Source: an uncultured Neomegalonema sp.
Lineage (GTDB): Bacteria > Pseudomonadota > Alphaproteobacteria > Rhodobacterales > Rhodobacteraceae
Assembly: GCA_964491865.1 (NCBI GenBank)
Contig: CAZBIG010000001.1
Location: 1-32,293, forward strand
Direction of reading: 5' to 3'
Length of the DNA: 32,293 bases
The DNA's letters: not shown here
Position numbering within the stretch: the stretch's first letter is position 1
Content: more notes on this DNA, generated by a model
Seen by the model: the letters and a program-made list of their open reading frames with translations, nothing else
What the model was told of the DNA's origin: nothing
Databases searched by the model: none

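Noticed and set aside
29955-32293. Highly regular short DNA repeats that could suggest a CRISPR array or a minisatellite.
   Set aside because: The periodicity is in-frame (multiples of 3, 165-nt super-repeat) and encodes GGxGxD nonapeptides. There are no unique spacers separating constant repeats, and no leader or cas genes.

Overview
High-GC bacterial chromosomal window, probably alphaproteobacterial (inferred only from protein sequences and GC3-rich codon style). (1) 2..1945 (+) is the 3' part of a large SF1B (Upf1/DNA2-like) helicase gene cut by the window edge, followed by a hairpin between convergent genes. (2) A minus-strand cluster runs rpe (4530..3820), a Tat-signal MBL-fold hydrolase (3771..2851) and gph (2735..2079). 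(3) An 812-bp divergent intergenic region (4531..5342) holds a ~290-bp AT-rich island (~36% G+C by hand count) with a perfect CRP-consensus palindrome, TGTGATCTAGATCACA. (4) The main result: from ATG 5343 to the window end (32293) there is one uninterrupted plus-strand reading frame of at least 8,983 codons. The supplied ORF track does not list it, apparently because it never reaches a stop in the window. The track shows only its in-register antisense shadow ORFs and Arg-rich off-frame ORFs. Hand translation shows a giant, acidic, repetitive, secreted adhesin-like protein. It has an N-terminal LEPR-XLL-type motif (FEQIEPRVLLSADP). Five blocks of a ~53-55-aa GDV-x-V-x-A solenoid-like repeat alternate with four clusters of a ~50-90-aa repeat with core HG[FL]xTGDxVxY...GLxDGxxYxV...FxLA, which I cannot assign to a named family. 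These are followed by a second ~86-aa solenoid-like repeat class, GGxGxDxF units, Calx-beta/cadherin-like modules and at least 2.3 kb of RTX-like GGxGxD repeats still running at the window edge. No mobile elements, CRISPR arrays, tRNA or rRNA genes were recognised.
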